A stretch of 64,000 nt of DNA, from positions 39,992,001 to 40,056,000 of the forward strand of contig CM052818.1 of assembly GCA_028534125.1 (NCBI GenBank), given 5' to 3'. This DNA is from Lama glama. Lineage: Eukaryota. Shown piece by piece: positions 62,141 to 64,000 of this stretch. The translations under genes and the position numbers were made by a program. The notes beneath the pieces were generated by a model. It did not search any database and had not been told where the DNA came from. It saw only the letters and a program-made list of their open reading frames with translations. Each line of letters begins with the position of its first letter. Position 1 is the first letter of the stretch.

Positions 62141-64000
62141 TGCTCAGCAATTTCATTGTCAATGATACTGTGGTCAGTGGCATTCCTAGTGTATTTGAGA
62201 CAGTGGGTCAGTTTTTACACTCATTTCCTCTGCATGACAAAATTATTTTCATTTACAGCCAGGAAATAAAACAAAAATAATAAGGACCAAAAAATACCAG
62301 ACAGTGGCACATTTTTTTCTGTATACAATCATATTTATAAAAATAAATATAGTTCAGAAATTAAAAATGCAACTGCTTATTTAATAGTTATTAAATTTAC
62401 TTAACCATTTGAACTTTGATTCTTTTATTCTAAGCCTGAAAAAATCTTTTTTGTGTGAATAATTGCCCAGTAAACTAATAAATGAATTTTAATGAAAATG
62501 AAAGATTTCCAAAGGCATAACAACTATGTCTATCGCATAGTTGTTTTATTTTATTGACTTATTCCTTAGTTTTGTAAGAATGAACAATTTCAAAGAACCA
62601 ATTTCAATCTGAATTATTTGAATTCAGTCAAATATTCAGGTATGAGCCAAAATGTGCATTTACCAAATGAAAAGATTGTTCCTCACCTCGCAGCCTATAC
62701 TTTGATTCTCTGCTATAAAATTTTTAAAATAAATAAAACTTGGTGTCACAGAAATCACTCAAATTCTGTTCCTTTGTCTTCAAAAACCACCATGTCATCA
62801 TTGTTTATTTCAAATATACTGTTAAACACAAGAATACCTAGTACCACAGAAGCTGGACACAAATGATCTCCAACAATTCTGAACCATTAATCATGTATTT
62901 TCAAAACAAATACATGTAGCTGAGTGTAGCTTGTCAAGGAAATTCTCTGAATTAAGGTATATAGAATGTTTATTAGAGGAAAAGTAATAAAAACATACAC
63001 ATTTGAAGCTTACATATCTCAACGCAGTGAGATTTTCCTCTTTAGAGCCCCATTAGATGGGGTCAGAAGGGAGATGGCCATTGATTCAGCCTCTGCAGGG
63101 ATGTGAGAGTGTACAGCCCTCCGGCCCTAGGACCCGAGCAGCACCGCCCCTGGGCCAGGCCATCCGGCCCATCCTCAGGGAGGATTTGTGGCAGCTCCCA
63201 ATTCTCCCTGGGCACAGGCCTCTGGGTTCCACAGGATGGCGCTCTGAGTTTCTCTGCCAGGGCAGGGGCTGCCAGAGTTCTCAAGGTCCAGGACTATATT
63301 AGGAAATATATGCACCAGGGGAACAACAAACACGTTTGTTTTCTTCCAGCGCCGTCTGCTCGGCTTATCTTAGACACCTCCCTTTCTTCAGCAGAAATCA
63401 CAGCCCTGAGAGGAATGTTCCGCTGGGGCTTGAGAAGTTTTTCCTCTATCTGAATGAGGTCTTGCCCTTGGTATTTGTGAAATCATTTGAAAAGAAATCA
63501 TTTCTCCGAGACTAACAAATAGACTTTAAAAAAAATCAAATGAGAACAGCCATGTAAGGGAGGCATTCCTGGAGGTGCGTGCAGCAGGTTTCTTGCCTGT
63601 CGCTCATTTGCTGAAGCACCATCAGCAGATGCCTTCTTCATGATGCTCCCAACCTGTCCTACCTGCTGTTGGCTGTTGTGCTTGGGGTGGTGAGAGCTGG
63701 GCCACCAGGAGGAAGTCGGGCACATGTGAGCCTATGTCCTTGTGCTCTCATCATTTACAGCCCTTGGTGCTTAAAACACTGCTTTGCCCCGGCAGGCCAG
63801 GAGTGGACCATCAGAAAACCACCCTGTCTCTCCTCCTCACCCACCGCCCAGGCACACCTGCTTGGCAGGGTTAATTCTTCCTCATGCCTTTCCTGAAATA
63901 TGACACAGCTCATGATCTTTCTGGTCACTTGGTATTGGTGAAATTTCCTTAGTTTTCTGCTAGTCACAGAACTGTAATAGTTCATTAATTAAAATGATCA

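Noticed and set aside
1..64000. CRISPR arrays, tRNA/rRNA/snRNA genes, processed pseudogenes, ERV coding regions, prokaryote-style systems
   Set aside because: No repeat-spacer arrays, RNA-gene signatures, recognisable mRNA copies or gag/pol/env motifs seen; the only RT motif belongs to the L1

Overview
Placental-mammal genomic DNA, largely intergenic or intronic. It carries the usual eutherian repeats (MIR, L2, old L1M/L1ME, hAT MITEs MER3/MER53/MER91/MER103/Charlie, ERVL/MaLR-type LTRs). It also holds one relatively young, 5'-truncated, disabled L1 (about 36570-38580) that spans a 500-N assembly gap. I saw no Alu, B1/B2, Bov-A/BovB, PRE-1 or SINEC elements. The young L1 3'UTR resembles camelid L1 as I recall it, so an artiodactyl, possibly camelid, source is an inference only. 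I could not recognise any host protein-coding gene, RNA gene or CRISPR-like array; nearly all ORFs in the track look like chance ORFs or L1 ORF2 remnants. The best non-repeat signal is a minus-strand exon candidate at 79-370, with a consensus distant branch point, a long AG-free polypyrimidine tract, a strong-Kozak ATG and a 97-codon frame broken by a single TAA. Other leads are exon-like segments (10169-10213, 17539-17739, 40152-40282), promoter/enhancer-like motif clusters and two abutting 14-bp palindromes. I found no convincing evidence of a novel biological system. Repeat family names come from remembered consensus sequences, not from a search, and boundaries are approximate.
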